Assembly (NCBI GenBank): GCA_951406725.2
Contig: OX597815.1
Coordinates: 131,006,001-131,070,000 of the forward strand
Reading direction: 5' to 3'
DNA length: 64,000 nucleotides
Source: Octopus vulgaris
Taxonomy: Eukaryota
Positions 12,825 through 25,469 of this stretch are shown piece by piece. The notes below the pieces were generated by a model. It was not told the origin of the DNA. It did not search any database and saw only the letters and a program-made list of their open reading frames with translations. Position numbers and translations under genes: made by a program. How positions within the stretch are numbered: position 1 is the first letter of the stretch; the number at the start of each line of letters is the position of its first letter.

Positions 12825-12866
<42 letters not shown>

Positions 12867-12975
12867 CACATATATATATGTATATATATATATATACACA
12901 TACACATATATATATGTATATATATATATATATATACACACACATATATGTATGTCTGTATATATGTATGTATGT
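12560..12975. repeat. Long degenerate (TA)n/(TATG)n array
   Basis: Direct inspection. Confidence 0.95.
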
Positions 12976-13275
12976 AATGAAAAAAATGATGTGTAGGAAA
13001 AAATTATTTTTTTAAAGGAAATCTTCACTGCACAATGTTAAATTTTGTGGAAACATCCATTACTTTATGTCAATTAGAGTTATACATAGAAGGAAGTAAA
13101 TAAGAACGTGGTACCATTAAATGAAAGGTGATGAAAAAAATATTTAGCCATAGAAAGCGCTTTTAACTCTATCATTTCTATATTTCTAGTGAAACACACT
13201 GGCTTTCTTTTCAATTAATTTTGAAAATAATAAAGAATTTAGTGAAATAACTCTGTCATTATGTATCTGGTGACA

Positions 13276-13721
13276 GGTGGTGAGTTGGCAGAAACGTTAG
13301 CACACTAGGTGAAATGCTCAATGGTATTTCATCTGTCTTTATGTTCTGAGTTCAAATTCCACTGTGTCCGACTTTGCTTTTCATCCTTTTGGGGTTGATA
13401 AATTAAGTACTAGTTGCATACTGGGGTCAATCTAATTGACTGGCCCTCTCCCCCAAAATTTCGAGCCTCGTGCATAGAGTAGAAAGAATAATATATCACT
13501 GCGAAGCCGGCGAGCTGGCAAAAATGTTAGCACACCAGGCGAAATGCTTAGCGGTATTTCGCCTGTCTTTGTGTTCTGAGTTCAAATTCCGCTGAGGTCG
13601 ACTTTGCTTTTCATCTCTTTAGGAGTCGATAAATTAAGTACCAGTTGCATACTGGGGTCGATATAATCGACTACCCCCCCACCCCAAATTTCGGATCCTT
13701 GTGCCTAGAGAAGAAAAGATT
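13276..13721 (+). mobile_element. Two tandem tRNA-derived SINEs (family C)
   Basis: GGCGAGCTGGCAGAAACGTTAG...GAGTTCAAATTCC...CTTTCATCCTTTCGGGGTCGATAAATTAAGTACC at 13276-13492 and 13506-13721. Confidence 0.9.
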
Positions 13722-14130
13722 ATGTTGCTGGTGATTGGAACACAAATTAACATGAAATTTTTATGAAAGGTTTTAATTCAGATAACTTTGAAAGAAGGAT
13801 TTTTTTAATCATAGAATCAGGGATTGATATCAAGATGGTTCAGGTTTTTAGTTCTTGCCCTTTCTGTTTTCTGTTCTGATCCTGCCAAGAAAAGCATCAC
13901 TCTTATTGTACTTAGATTTATTGGATTGTAATTAATGATCTTAAGGCAACTAAGAGAGGTAGAGGTAAGATTTGCACATGAGCCTCATAAAATCCTCACA
14001 TTAACAACTTCCCAATGGGTAGGAAGGTTGTCGCCTGAGTGGTGCAGAAGAGTCATCCACCAGGAGAAATGAATCACAGGCAGATGGTGGATACAGTGAC
14101 ACACTGTTACCGTGCATTCTCCCATACTAA

Positions 14131-14173
14131 TGCTGCTGCTACTACTACTACTACTACCACTACTACCACCACC

Positions 14174-14251
<78 letters not shown>

Positions 14252-14262
14252 GCTGCTACTAC
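14131..14262. repeat. (CTA)n/(CCA)n trinucleotide array
   Basis: Direct inspection. Confidence 0.95.
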
Positions 14263-14849
14263 TTATCTCATACTTCATTAAAACAGATCAACACTAAAAA
14301 TTATATGAAGTAATTGTTAAATAACAGCAAAGTCTTAGATAAAGCCTGAGCAAAAAAAAGAAGAAAAAAGAAGAGAAAGCTAACACAAAACAACAACAAA
14401 AAAAAATAAACAATAAAAAAATCAAAAACAAACATCCTCTCCCTCAAAAAAAAAATGCTGGCAATTTCATTTGACTGAGCTATCTGACATAAAAATTTCC
14501 AAGCAGATTTTAGGGATAACAATGTGTTGCAAATAATAATAAAAAAAAGTGTGTTTGGCAGTAAATTATCTGGAGATAAACTTTGATGGATGATCTGGGT
14601 CAGATGTGGTTCAGTTCATGATAGAAATGACCTGTGTGTTGTTATGGAAACGTGATAAATGAATATGTCCAGTTACCCAATGTTCATCTTTATAAGCTGA
14701 AGAATTTAAGTGTGAAATGCAATAGACAGTTAAAGCATAACTAAAATAAATTTTAGATAATACAAAAAATAAAAAACATTGAAAATTATAATTTTCACAT
14801 TTTTTAAATGGTGTTTTTATTGGTGTTTAGGTCTAGGTTAGAGCTAATT

Positions 14850-15226
14850 CATTTCTTTATTGCTCACAGGGGACTAAGCATAGAGAGGACAAACAAGGAC
14901 AAAGGGATTAAGGTGATTACATCGACTCCAGTACGCAACTGGTACTTAATTTATCGATCCCGAAAAGATGAAAGGCAAAGTCGACCTCGGCGGAATTTGA
15001 ACTCAGGATATAACGGCAGTCGAAATATCTATTTCTTTACTACCCACAAGGGGCTAAACACAGAGAGGACAAACAAGGACAGACAAACAGATTAAGTCGA
15101 TTATATTGACCCCAGTGCATAACTGGTACTTATTTAATCGACCCTGAAAGGATGAAAGGTAAAGTCGACCTCGGCGGAATTTGAACTCAGAAATACCACT
15201 AACATTTCTGCCAGCTCGCCGCCTTT
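14850..15226 (-). mobile_element. SINE family C, two tandem partial copies
   Basis: Reverse complement of the family C head and central domain, present twice. Confidence 0.85.
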
Positions 15227-15419
15227 GGGTTAGAGCTAACTAACAAGTGTTTCAGTCATGATAGTCATATCTTCCTGTATATCAGGGGGCGACATTGTAC
15301 AATGTGATATTTGCAATGTTATTACCAGTTCGAATATGCCAGTGGTAAGTTTGAACTCGTAAACAAGCCATTCACTGTGTTTTGTCATGGAGAAAATTTC
15401 TCGCTGTTGACGAATGGTG

Positions 15420-15500
15420 TACAGTAATCCCTCGCCATATCGCGGTTTATTATTTAAGCTTACATCGATTTTTCCATGGTGTTGTTTTACATTTATAATA
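15420..15500 (+). mobile_element. Tigger/pogo-like terminal fragment
   Basis: TA-CAGTAATCCCTCGCCATATCGCGGTT is a Tigger-type TIR. Confidence 0.55.
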
Positions 15501-15508
15501 AAATAAAT

Positions 15509-16141
15509 GGATCTTTTCCTTTTGAATGGCAGATGTCAACACAATTTGTAGTTAACTAAACACTTTTAAACTTCGTATACTGGTAGAATGTGTTTATAAA
15601 ACATCATTTTCTCTTGGTTTTATTGAGAAAATTCTATAGTTTGTAAGATATTTCGTCTGAAAATCCAAGCATTTCGGCAATTTTAACCAATCGATTACCT
15701 CCATTCAACTAAAATCATTTGCTGCGTCTAAAACTGAGACAACATCCTGTAACTAACCCTAAACCTTCCCCCTAACCCTAATTTTTTTTCTTAATTGTTA
15801 AATTAATTTAATTCCATTGCTTTAGAATTTTTTACAGGTGTAACAATTAAATTAATTTAACAATTAAGAAAAAAAAATTTAGGGTTTGGGTTAGGGGGGA
15901 GGTTTAGGGTTAGTTACAGGATGTTGTCTCAGTTTTAGACGCAGCAAATGATTTTAGCTCAAAAGAGATCATAGGAGTGGTTAAAATTCGAAAAATTAAA
16001 CTATGTTAAACAAACAAATTACAATTTTCTCAAGAAAGCCAAGAGAAAAAAATGTTTTATTTTGATACATTCTACCAGTATACGAAGTTTTAAAGTGTTT
16101 AGTTAACTAGAAATTGTCTGCCGTTCAAAAGGCAAAGATCC
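15509..16141. mobile_element. 633-bp palindromic MITE, GG...CC termini, 8-bp TSD (Merlin- or Mutator-like)
   Basis: GGATCTTT...AAAGATCC; TSD AAATAAAT at 15501-15508 and 16142-16149; arms ~300 bp with TTAGGG-like units. Confidence 0.85.
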
Positions 16142-16708
16142 AAATAAATATATACAAATTATAAAAATAATAAAAAAATATAGTTTTACTGTAAATACAC
16201 TTAAATCAGCTCACAGTGCCACCTACCCAGACTGTGAGATGCAAGCATTTCGGAGTGGTTATCTCCTCTTCAGTCACAGAAACCAGACGGTAGTGCTGAG
16301 AGATAACCACAGTCTGGATTGGTGGCGCTGCGAGCTGATTTAGGTGTCTACATTTGTCTACAGCAAGAAAATGATTAAACACAGTGAATGGTTTGCTTAC
16401 GAGTTCGTACTTGCGACTGGCATATTTGAACCTGTAATAACATTGTATTAATACATATCACTGCTTAGCGCTCCCACCTCGTAATGTGATATTTGTTCTT
16501 CAGATGGTAGAGTGTAATCTAAGCAAGATTTAGTCATTGTATTTAGTGGTTCGATCAGCAATGCAAGTAATACTTTTGTAATACATGTACTAAACACAGA
16601 ACGTGTTCAGTAGAAGATCTCATTCTTTATGCATATTTTGAAGTTCATTGTAATGATATAATTCAAGCACAAAAAATATAGTTTGCATAACGAATCTATG
16701 AATTACTA

Positions 16709-16898
16709 AAGGCGGCGAGCTGGCAGAATCGTTAGCACGTCGGATGAAATCCTTAGCTGCATTTCACCCGTCGCTACGTTCTGAGTTCAAATTCTGCCTT
16801 TCGGGGTCGATAAATTAAGTACCAGTTGCGTACTGGGGTCGATCTAATCGACTGGCCCCCTCCCCCTAAAATTCGGGCCTTGTGCTTAGAGTAGAAAA
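16709..16898 (+). mobile_element. SINE family C with 17-bp TSD
   Basis: TSD GAATCTATGAATTACTA at 16692-16708 and 16899-16915. Confidence 0.92.
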
Positions 16899-17067
16899 GA
16901 ATCTATGAATTACTAGATATATAAAAGAATATAAGTTCAATTTTGTATGTAAAATATGGGCACTCACATATAAATATAGACACATATATAAGTTGTATGC
17001 TACTATTTTAATATCTAACTCTAAACAATTCGTACATGCGATTATAGAATTAATTTATAGTATAGAG

Positions 17068-20000
17068 CAGCGCTTCTTAAACTATGGGTCGTGACCCCAT
17101 TTGGAGTCGCGAAAATTAAATTCAAACACTTGAATTTCATACAATAAATATGATAAGAAATAAATGCGTATATGTGCCAGAAGGAAAAGAGAGACACAAC
17201 CGGGTAGAATTTTTAAGAGAAGATTTTATTTATATGTTAACATGTGTGTGCGTCATATGTATATATAATAATAGACAGGCCGTCGTGAGAATTAAGCGTG
17301 TGGGTACAAACATGGATGTATGCGTGTGCAATAAGTACAGAGCATTGAAAGAGTCTATAATATGACGCTAGAAGAATGTTCAGACACAAGGATGATAAAT
17401 ACCAGTTCGTAGTCAAGGTACACAATAGTTGAAACGCTGTATCAAGAAGTTGTGGCAGTAATGCAGAGCCGGTTGAGGTACATGTCGTACAAGAAGTTGA
17501 GGCTACGATGCTGCTGCCGGTCACTTGGTACAGGAAGGTCTCGCAGGTTGTATTTGCTGTTAACCATGGTGATGAGATTCACAAACAGTGTTGTGTTAGA
17601 ACCTGTGTGAACGTTGCCTGTTGCTGTGTACGTAGAGAGATGATGTTGATGTTAGGACGAATGGTGGCGACAGAGATGGAGGTCCTGAATGCTACTGGAC
17701 GAAGTTGATGAGTCTCCATGTGATACTGTTGTGTTGCCGTTGGAACTAGCTGTGTCCAGTGTGGTCAGTGGCTAGACCTTAAAAGGTCTGAAACCGAAAG
17801 AATTTCTTTATTTACCTATGAAAGGTATACATAGAGGAGACATAACAAGGGACAGACATTGACATTCTTACAAAAAGCGGTTTTAGTTACAATGAGATGA
17901 AAAATTTATAGAATCGAATGAGGATGATTTAATAAAATTTATACAATTAAAAATAATATGATGTTCTGGGTTATTTTATAAGGTTAACCCGCCGGTTTTT
18001 TCCCTTCCTTTTTGTTTTGACCGGCTATACTAGCACGGCCCCATTCATTCTCAACTTTCTTACTACTGTCATCTATCTTTTCCCGAACGTACTTTGCGAC
18101 AGACTCCTCTTCTCCAGACGGATTTTTCGTGACAGGTAGTAGTTGAAATAATATATCAGCCCGCGTCCGGAGATGAATTGGCCTGTCGCAATCCCTTTCA
18201 CTCGAGTCGCCATACCGTCTCTTTCAGTATGGCAGCTACGCAGAGAAATGATATCTTCTTTTCGTTGCTGAACGAAGAAGGTGGTACGATCTTAATCATG
18301 GATTCAGTCGAAAGCCGTACTCTTTCTGCATCCGACATCAGCTGTTCGACATAGGTTATCAACTCCCTCAACTCCTCACTGTGTACGAAGGCGTGCGTGA
18401 CCGTTTCACTGGCACGTCCGCACCTCGGGCACGTGAGGGAGGTGTCAAAACCATGTCTAGACAACCTCTCTCGAACCAGTAAGGCCGATCTGTAGCACAA
18501 CCAGACCAAGGATTTCTGAAAGTTATCCAGACACCTCAGCCCGAAAGTTCTTCCGAACAGGTTAGTCAGCTGCTCCTCATCGAAGCCCAGAGCCTCCCCT
18601 AGGACATCGTCGGACTTATGCTCTACCAACCTTCTATAATAGTCCGCAGTGGTAACCCCGCGGCCAGCATTGCTCACCCGAGAGAAAAGAGTAAGTGCTT
18701 GTCTGCATTCACTCTGCCATTCTCCCGCCCTAGGTCTCTGCTTGATCCATGTGCTTAAGACCCTGGGGGATTTCAGTTGTGGAAAGATCTGCTTGGCATG
18801 CGGTGACCACACCTGCTCACCATCCAGGTAGCACCGGAGATGTCTCAGCCTCAGCGCGTACTTGTGCATCATCAGCCAAGGCATCCCCAGCCCACCCTTT
18901 AACGGTTTTTGGCAGCAGATGGAACGCCTCACAAGTGGCGTTTTCCCTCTCCACAAAAAGCGGAAAAGGATCCGTTCCAACTTGTTGAGGCACAAACCGG
19001 GGCAAGACACGATGGTTAGGCGGTAGGTTATCACTGATGCTATAAACACCTGTGCAACCTCGGCCCTTCCTAACAAGGATAACGTCTCCTCAGACCAAGT
19101 CTGGGTTATGACCGTCATCCTGCTCGCTACCTCGCTCCAGTTCGTCTCCACCTGGAGATCTGGTCCCGATCATTTTAACTGACGACGCTATTGGGAGGCG
19201 TCGACTTGCCACGCCAGGTGCCGAGTTCAAAGCCGACTGATTTCTCCTGGTTAATTTTAGCCCCTGCCGCTGTCTCGTATCCTTTGATGGCGTCCTCTAC
19301 AGGAAGTAGCTGCCCTTCATCAGACACGATGATAGCGACATCATCCGCATATGCCGTCGCATTTCTTCCGTTACACAGATCACGCGGGACTTTTCCCAAA
19401 TTCCCCAGCCTCCGCAGCAGTGGATCAAGAGCCAATACGTACAGTAGCGGGGACAGGGGGAAATCCTGGCAAACCGAACAATACCTCAGGAAGTTCTAAC
19501 GCACCAATGTCATTAGGGTGCCTTTTTTTTTTTAGGTCATTGTATAGTGTTCTGGAGATTTTTCCCACCGTAACTGGGCTCATTTTGTAGTCATTAACAT
19601 ATAGATTCGTATCGTCGCTGGGTCTGATGACCCCGTCCAGATATGTATTGTTGCTTTTGTATGCAACTGTCACCGTGTCTTTTTTTTTTTTTTTTACCGG
19701 AATCTCAATTTTTATTGCCGCGAATAGGTTCTTTTTCCTTTTTTCGTTCAGATTTGGTTTCTTAATGATTTTGTTTTTTGAAACCTCTTCCTGTGTCTCC
19801 GTAGGCGACACCATTTTGTTAGTTCTCTTTCGTGGCACCGTCTGGAAATCCATATTTTCAGTAGACAGTGTCTCAACTCATTCTGATTTTTCGAGGCATT
19901 TCCCACTAGTGCAGGCGGTCACCTCCTTGGCTGTGTGCATTGTTTCTTCCTCTTTCCTCTTGGGGTCGTTTTTACTTGTTGAGGCGGTCACTCTCTGTGT

Positions 20001-20344
20001 AACGGCCTCTCTGGCCGGGAGTGCCGCCTCTTTGTATTTTGTCTTGGGGTCATTGTTACTGTCCTTTTTACTGTCAGAGGCGGTCAGTGGCTGTGTAACA
20101 GCCTCCTTGGGCGGCAATGCCGCCTCTTTATTTATCCCCTTGGGGTCGCTTTTCTTGGTTTTGAAGAGACTGTCTCACATGACCTTATCAGAAGGCTACG
20201 ATTGGTTGGATTGCATACTGGCGCGCAATAGAGCAAGAGACAGGTTGCGCCAATACCAACCAATCAGAGTAGTGGACGCAACAGGGTCCAAAAGGGCGGC
20301 CGAAGACTAGCTGTTATCTGCTACGTTCGTATTTATGTATATAT

Positions 20345-20380
<36 letters not shown>

Positions 20381-20582
20381 TTTCCTTCAAGCGTACGCTA
20401 AACTACTTTTATTTTGACAAATAATATAACTAATTTTTTCATATGTATATTGTTCAGCAAAAAAAAAAAAAAATGATTTATGTATTTATTTGTATGTTTT
20501 ATTTCATATTTAATACTTGGGGTCACGAAAAATTTCGTGATAAAAAACGAGGTGATGAATGAAAAAAGTTTAAGAAGCGCTG
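17068..20582. mobile_element. Non-autonomous hAT (Charlie-like) element containing a nested LINE
   Basis: TIRs CAGCGCTTCTTAAACT / AGTTTAAGAAGCGCTG; 8-bp TSD GTATAGAG at 17060-17067 and 20583-20590. Confidence 0.9.
17900..20310 (-). mobile_element. L1/Tx1-clade LINE, internally deleted
   Basis: QDFPLSPLLYVLALDPLLR, AYADD, LLGRAEV, FLWRG, GGLGMP and zinc knuckle CPRC...ETVTHAF; Lys-rich ORF1-like part 19480-20160 joined directly to RT. Confidence 0.9.
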
Positions 20583-20869
20583 GTATAGAGGAATCGAAAG
20601 CGAATCACTGAACAGCCGAGTAAGCGTTACGGCTTAACCTCAAACTGTGACACACAGAATTTTTCTTAATGGTACACCTAACGAAAAATTACATTGAATT
20701 TTTTTAGTTATGAGTTATGTCTTATGTGACTCGCTTCTCGGAAAAAAGGTTACTTGTGCTTGATCTATATCGAAGATGAAATCCGTTGTGATTGAGGGAT
20801 AGTTGGTAATGTGCTCATGTAGTTACTGAATATAGTTAAATGAGTCAAATATTGAAATAGGAAAACTAA

Positions 20870-21675
20870 GTGCAACAGTTGTCCTGGTAACTTGCTGATG
20901 TTGCTTTTATAAAAGTTCGTCTGGAGTACGTCCAGCTCTTATCTTCCACCGTAGAATGCATACCTAGTAGTAGTATTACAAGAAGAAAGCACTCGCACAA
21001 CCTGCTGGAGTCTATATAGGATTTCAGTGCTGATTTGAAACGACGTTGAACTTGAACTGTCTTTCTCTATTAGTTATGATGGTAGACTGTACCACGTCTG
21101 GTACACAGGGCTATATAGAAGTCTCAGAAACCATGTCGGCCAGTGGGATAACCATGCTGGCTAGTGGAATAACCTCGGCACTCTTGTGGACCTGCTGATA
21201 GTGGTGAGCTGTTATCTATATCGACGTGAAGAAGGAAGTAGTACCACAACATAGGCATATATATACCCAGGTCTCGCATCGGTGCTCAGTGGCGACTACA
21301 TGCAGCAATGTACTTTTGCTGTCTGAAATGCGATGGAGTTTCAGACCCATGCTCGGGTATCATTGTTAATACCATCCCACGTAACGCTTGCCAATATTAG
21401 CTTGCATAAAGATCAGGCGCGTCCATGTGACAAGCAGTTGCATGTGTTGAAGATCTCAATATGGTTCTTTGAGACACAAAATGTTGTTCCTGACATAACG
21501 AGACATTAATCTAAACATATCCACGTATAGCAGGACTTTCGTTGTTAAGAAAGCATTTTGCCAGGCTCTTAGTCAACTTTCTATCTTATCAAAATTGTTG
21601 AATGCAAAGCAACATATAGTGCAGCTACGTGAGAAACGAGAGCACATTTGCAGTTGCGTCGTTATCCAGTCTTTT
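20870..21675 (-). mobile_element. Decayed Ty3/Gypsy pol fragment (RNase H end + integrase)
   Basis: Frameshifted motifs YV(W)DGINNDTRAWV, LHVDI, PEVIPL, IITNRERQF, RRFKSALK...VILLGMHSTVED. Confidence 0.75.
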
Positions 21676-21919
21676 TTGTGTTTTATACTATTTACATATC
21701 TGGAGATATAGTCATTGTAATATAATATAATATATCATACTTACACACACATGCACATACATATATATGCATGCACACACACATATACACACACACATAC
21801 ATACATGCATGCTTATATGCATTCATGCATACATACCAACTTACATAACTACACATGCACACACAGATACATAGACATACACACGTAGATACACACACAA
21901 CACAAACACATATAGATAA

Positions 21920-22420
21920 ATGATAGAAAATAGAATGAACGTTTAAAATTCACTACAATTGTTTCAACACATTTCTACACTCGCAGTGCATTGGCGAGAG
22001 GTTGTGTAATCATTATCATGCAGCCAGGGTTTAAAATGCACCACCTCAGGTGACTGTTTAAATAAGTCCTTCGTTAGATCTTACCGTCATTTCACTCAGT
22101 GTGAGAATGGGTGAAAGACGGTTGGATCTAACAATGGACTTATTTAAAGAATTACCTAAGGAGGCACATTTTATACCTTGGATGCAACTTCTCAATAATG
22201 TTACTACGAGTGTAGAAACATGTCGAAATAGTTGTAGTGATTTTTAAATAAAGAATGTCGTTCATTCCTTTTTCTATCGTTTGCCTGTTCATATAAACTC
22301 TACGGATACTATGGAATTCCTGATATATATCCAGTAGCAGGAGCATTTCTACTGAAAGATGACAGCAGGTAGCCTATCGATGTGGACTAGCTTTGCATAA
22401 TTCTACACAGTTTTTGTCCG
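21920..22420 (-). mobile_element. Penelope-like 3' end/pLTR remnant
   Basis: Contains hammerhead 21950-22053 and hairpin 22058-22148. Confidence 0.6.
21950..22053 (-). ncRNA. Type I hammerhead ribozyme motif with long stem II
   Basis: TCAC CTGAGGT ...stem II... GAAAC AATT GTA GTGA: perfect stem I, palindromic stem III ACAATTGT, GUA triplet; A9 mutated. Confidence 0.75.
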
Positions 22421-22658
22421 AATCTTATACATACATACATACATACATACATACATACATACATACATACATACATACATACATACATACATACATACAT
22501 ACATACATACATACAGAAATACAGACATACACACACATACATACAAACATACATACCTACATACTTACATATATACTTATGTACGTAATACATACATACA
22601 TACATACATACATACATACATACATACATACATACATACATACATACATACATACATA

Positions 22659-24570
22659 CATGGATGCTGGAAGCCTTTCAACTTACTAAAGTTCCAGTGA
22701 GAACAGTCAAAGCTATAGATGACCTGACTTCATCGTGGGCCACCATCTTGAAATTGAACACAAAGAGTGACTGTATTATCACTGATAGAATACAGTATCG
22801 CAAAGGCATATTCCAAGGAGACAGCCTGTCTGTGATGTTGTTTATATTTTCTGTAAACCCCTTGTCATTCATGTTAAGCAGTCTGAAAAATATCTCACTG
22901 GTTCACAAGGAAATAGAAATATTAAAATTACACATTATTTCTTTGTGGATGACTTGAATTTTTATGCAAAGAATATGCACGAGATGAAAAAGAGCTTTGA
23001 CATAGTTACAATATTTTCAAAGGAAGTAGGGTTGGAGTTTGGTCAGGACAAATGTTGTTATATGATTGTGAAAAGGGCGAAAACTGTAAACTAGACTAGC
23101 AACATCTCCATCAATGACTTGACTGTTTCCCCTATATCTGATGAGGAATGTTACAGCTATTTAGTGGTGGATGAAAACACATCTAACAATGGCACCTGTA
23201 ACAAAACACATGTCACTAAAAAATATTACAGCTGAATAAAGAAAATTTGGATCTCAGAACTCTCTGCATTCAATAAAGCATTGGCCCACAATGTGTTTGC
23301 ATTGCCAATACTCGCACCAACATTTGGGCTGCTTGATTGGACGCTTAATGAGATCCGAACCATTGAGGTGAAACCCGAAAAATACTAACAAGTACACATA
23401 ATTTCCACATAAACAGTGACGTAAACCATCTCTACCTAAAACGAAAACAAGGCGGCAGAGGCTTAACGTCAATCCAAAATGCTTTTGAATGTGGTACCAT
23501 ATTCCTTCGGCAACATCTTGTAACCACCAAGTGTCGAAGTGCATCCCTTGACCAAGTTTGCTTACATGAGAATGATAACATCATAAGACCCGTAAGGCAG
23601 CTCCTTGAGCAACATTCCTTGTCTAATAACCTCAAATACATGTCCAAAGAAGTTGCATGACTCTACCGCAACGTATCATCAGATGAAAGGATGAACATAT
23701 ATGAGCAGAAGACTATGTATGGATATTTAATACAAAACTCCGAGATGATAATAACATCGATCATCAAAGCAGTCTATCATAGACGAATAACCGGATTACA
23801 ACCTCCCACTTTGAAGGGTATGAATTTGCAATCCATGAACGGGAAATTTCAACCAAATACCTGATGCACAAAAAGCAGAGAGATGCAGGAAGAGCAGTAG
23901 AATATGACAACCGATGCAGACTTTGTGGAGTTAACACCGAAGATATCATCCACATCGTAAGCATTTGTCCGAAAATGTCATCACGGTATTATCTACCGAT
24001 GAGACATGATTTTGTAGCTAGGGCACTCTATAATGAAATCCGTTGGAAAGATAATTCCGAGGACAAAGAAATGAGAACCCACAGTATGGTGTAAGGTATA
24101 GCCACTCATAATAAAAAGGAGTACTGGTCGAATGTCCTAGTGAAAACCCCAATAAAATGTTAGCACAAGAGACTTGATATAATGATTTGGGATAGAGAAG
24201 AGAAACTACACAATTGTGAAAATTAGCAGCCCAACGGATGTTAACATAAAGTTGAAGATCAGTGAAAAAAAGAATACCTATGCTGAACTATTGTGGAATC
24301 TGCAGTTACTCTATCCTGATTACAAGTTAAGGTTTATACCTGTAATTATTGGGGCCATGAGATATGTAACACGCTGCCTAAATACCAATCTTGAGAAATT
24401 AGGCTTCTCAACACCAGAAAGGAGAAAGCTAATTCGATGACTACAGATCCAATCTATCACTGGAACTGTAAAAATCTGTAAAACTTTCCAGAAGTGTATA
24501 TGAACATGTCTAGATATGTAATTATATGCATGAGAATATATACATAAAAGACATACAAATCTGCACATAT
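22659..24570 (+). mobile_element. R4/Dong-type (RLE-bearing) LINE, 5'-truncated, disrupted
   Basis: GIFQGDSLS, HYFFVDDL, KQGGRGL, CRLC...HIVSIC...RHD, RLDIMIWD, PVIIGA motifs; (CATA)n arrays on both sides. Confidence 0.9.
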
Positions 24571-25469
24571 ACATACGTACATACTTGCATACATACATAC
24601 ATACATACATACATACATACATACATACATACATACATACATACATACATACATACATACATACATACAGACACACATAAATGAAATGCTATTCGAATAT
24701 AATATAATATTAATACAAACCCTGTTTTAATATTTCTCGCTGTTGTGTTTCATTATTGTAAGACGAAAAAAGGAATTACAGCAGACAATTTGAGGAATAA
24801 CAATGGAGTTAACCCGACTCCTGACTAGATTACGACTAAGTAATTTCTTAGTCTTATGGAGAACTGAATAAATAACCGATCAATTAATGTACATGTAGAA
24901 TGAAGTTTATATGTTCGTCAAATTTAACTCTAAAACAAGACAGATGCTTTTAATAATAGATTTGTCACGGATGTTAAGACGGTAAAACTTTATTAGCATT
25001 TCTTGGCAGATAATTTTAGATATTCTTGGAACACATTATACATTGGTGTCTACGATTCGGATTTTTCGTCGCTCGTTATAACTATTTGATTATAACTTTT
25101 TAGCTCCGAAATAAATCATCTGTAATTCTCTGATTGCACGAAGTGTCCCAACGAATTTTATGGTTGAGTTAGATTCAGCAGCATTAAATACAAACAGAGG
25201 TTATAACGAATATTTCTGAAGATAACTCCTTAGAATACTAGAAATATCGATCGACAGCTATGCCAGTTATTTCAGTTTGAATGCAAATTGTTGCACAGGA
25301 AAGTGAAAGCTTCACAATGAGTTTGTACCTGAAGTAAAGGCAAATTTGCATATTATTGAATTTCAAGGACTTGACACTACGATTAATAAATGAATGGTAA
25401 CAATCTTTGATGTCTTGTATTTTGGTAATTTCTGAGTAAAATTTAAAGAATTAAGCAACGTGAATTAAA

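Larger units (their letters stand above)
15304..16461. mobile_element. Outer foldback/MITE hosting nested insertions
   Basis: 15312-15381 is the reverse complement of 16377-16447; extra internal hairpin at 16197-16347. Confidence 0.7.

Noticed and set aside
15750-15915. Interstitial telomere or chromosome-fusion site
   Set aside because: Few degenerate units lying symmetrically inside a MITE with a TSD.
19627-20310. 227-aa hydrophobic + strand ORF
   Set aside because: Antisense shadow of the Lys-rich LINE ORF1-like region.
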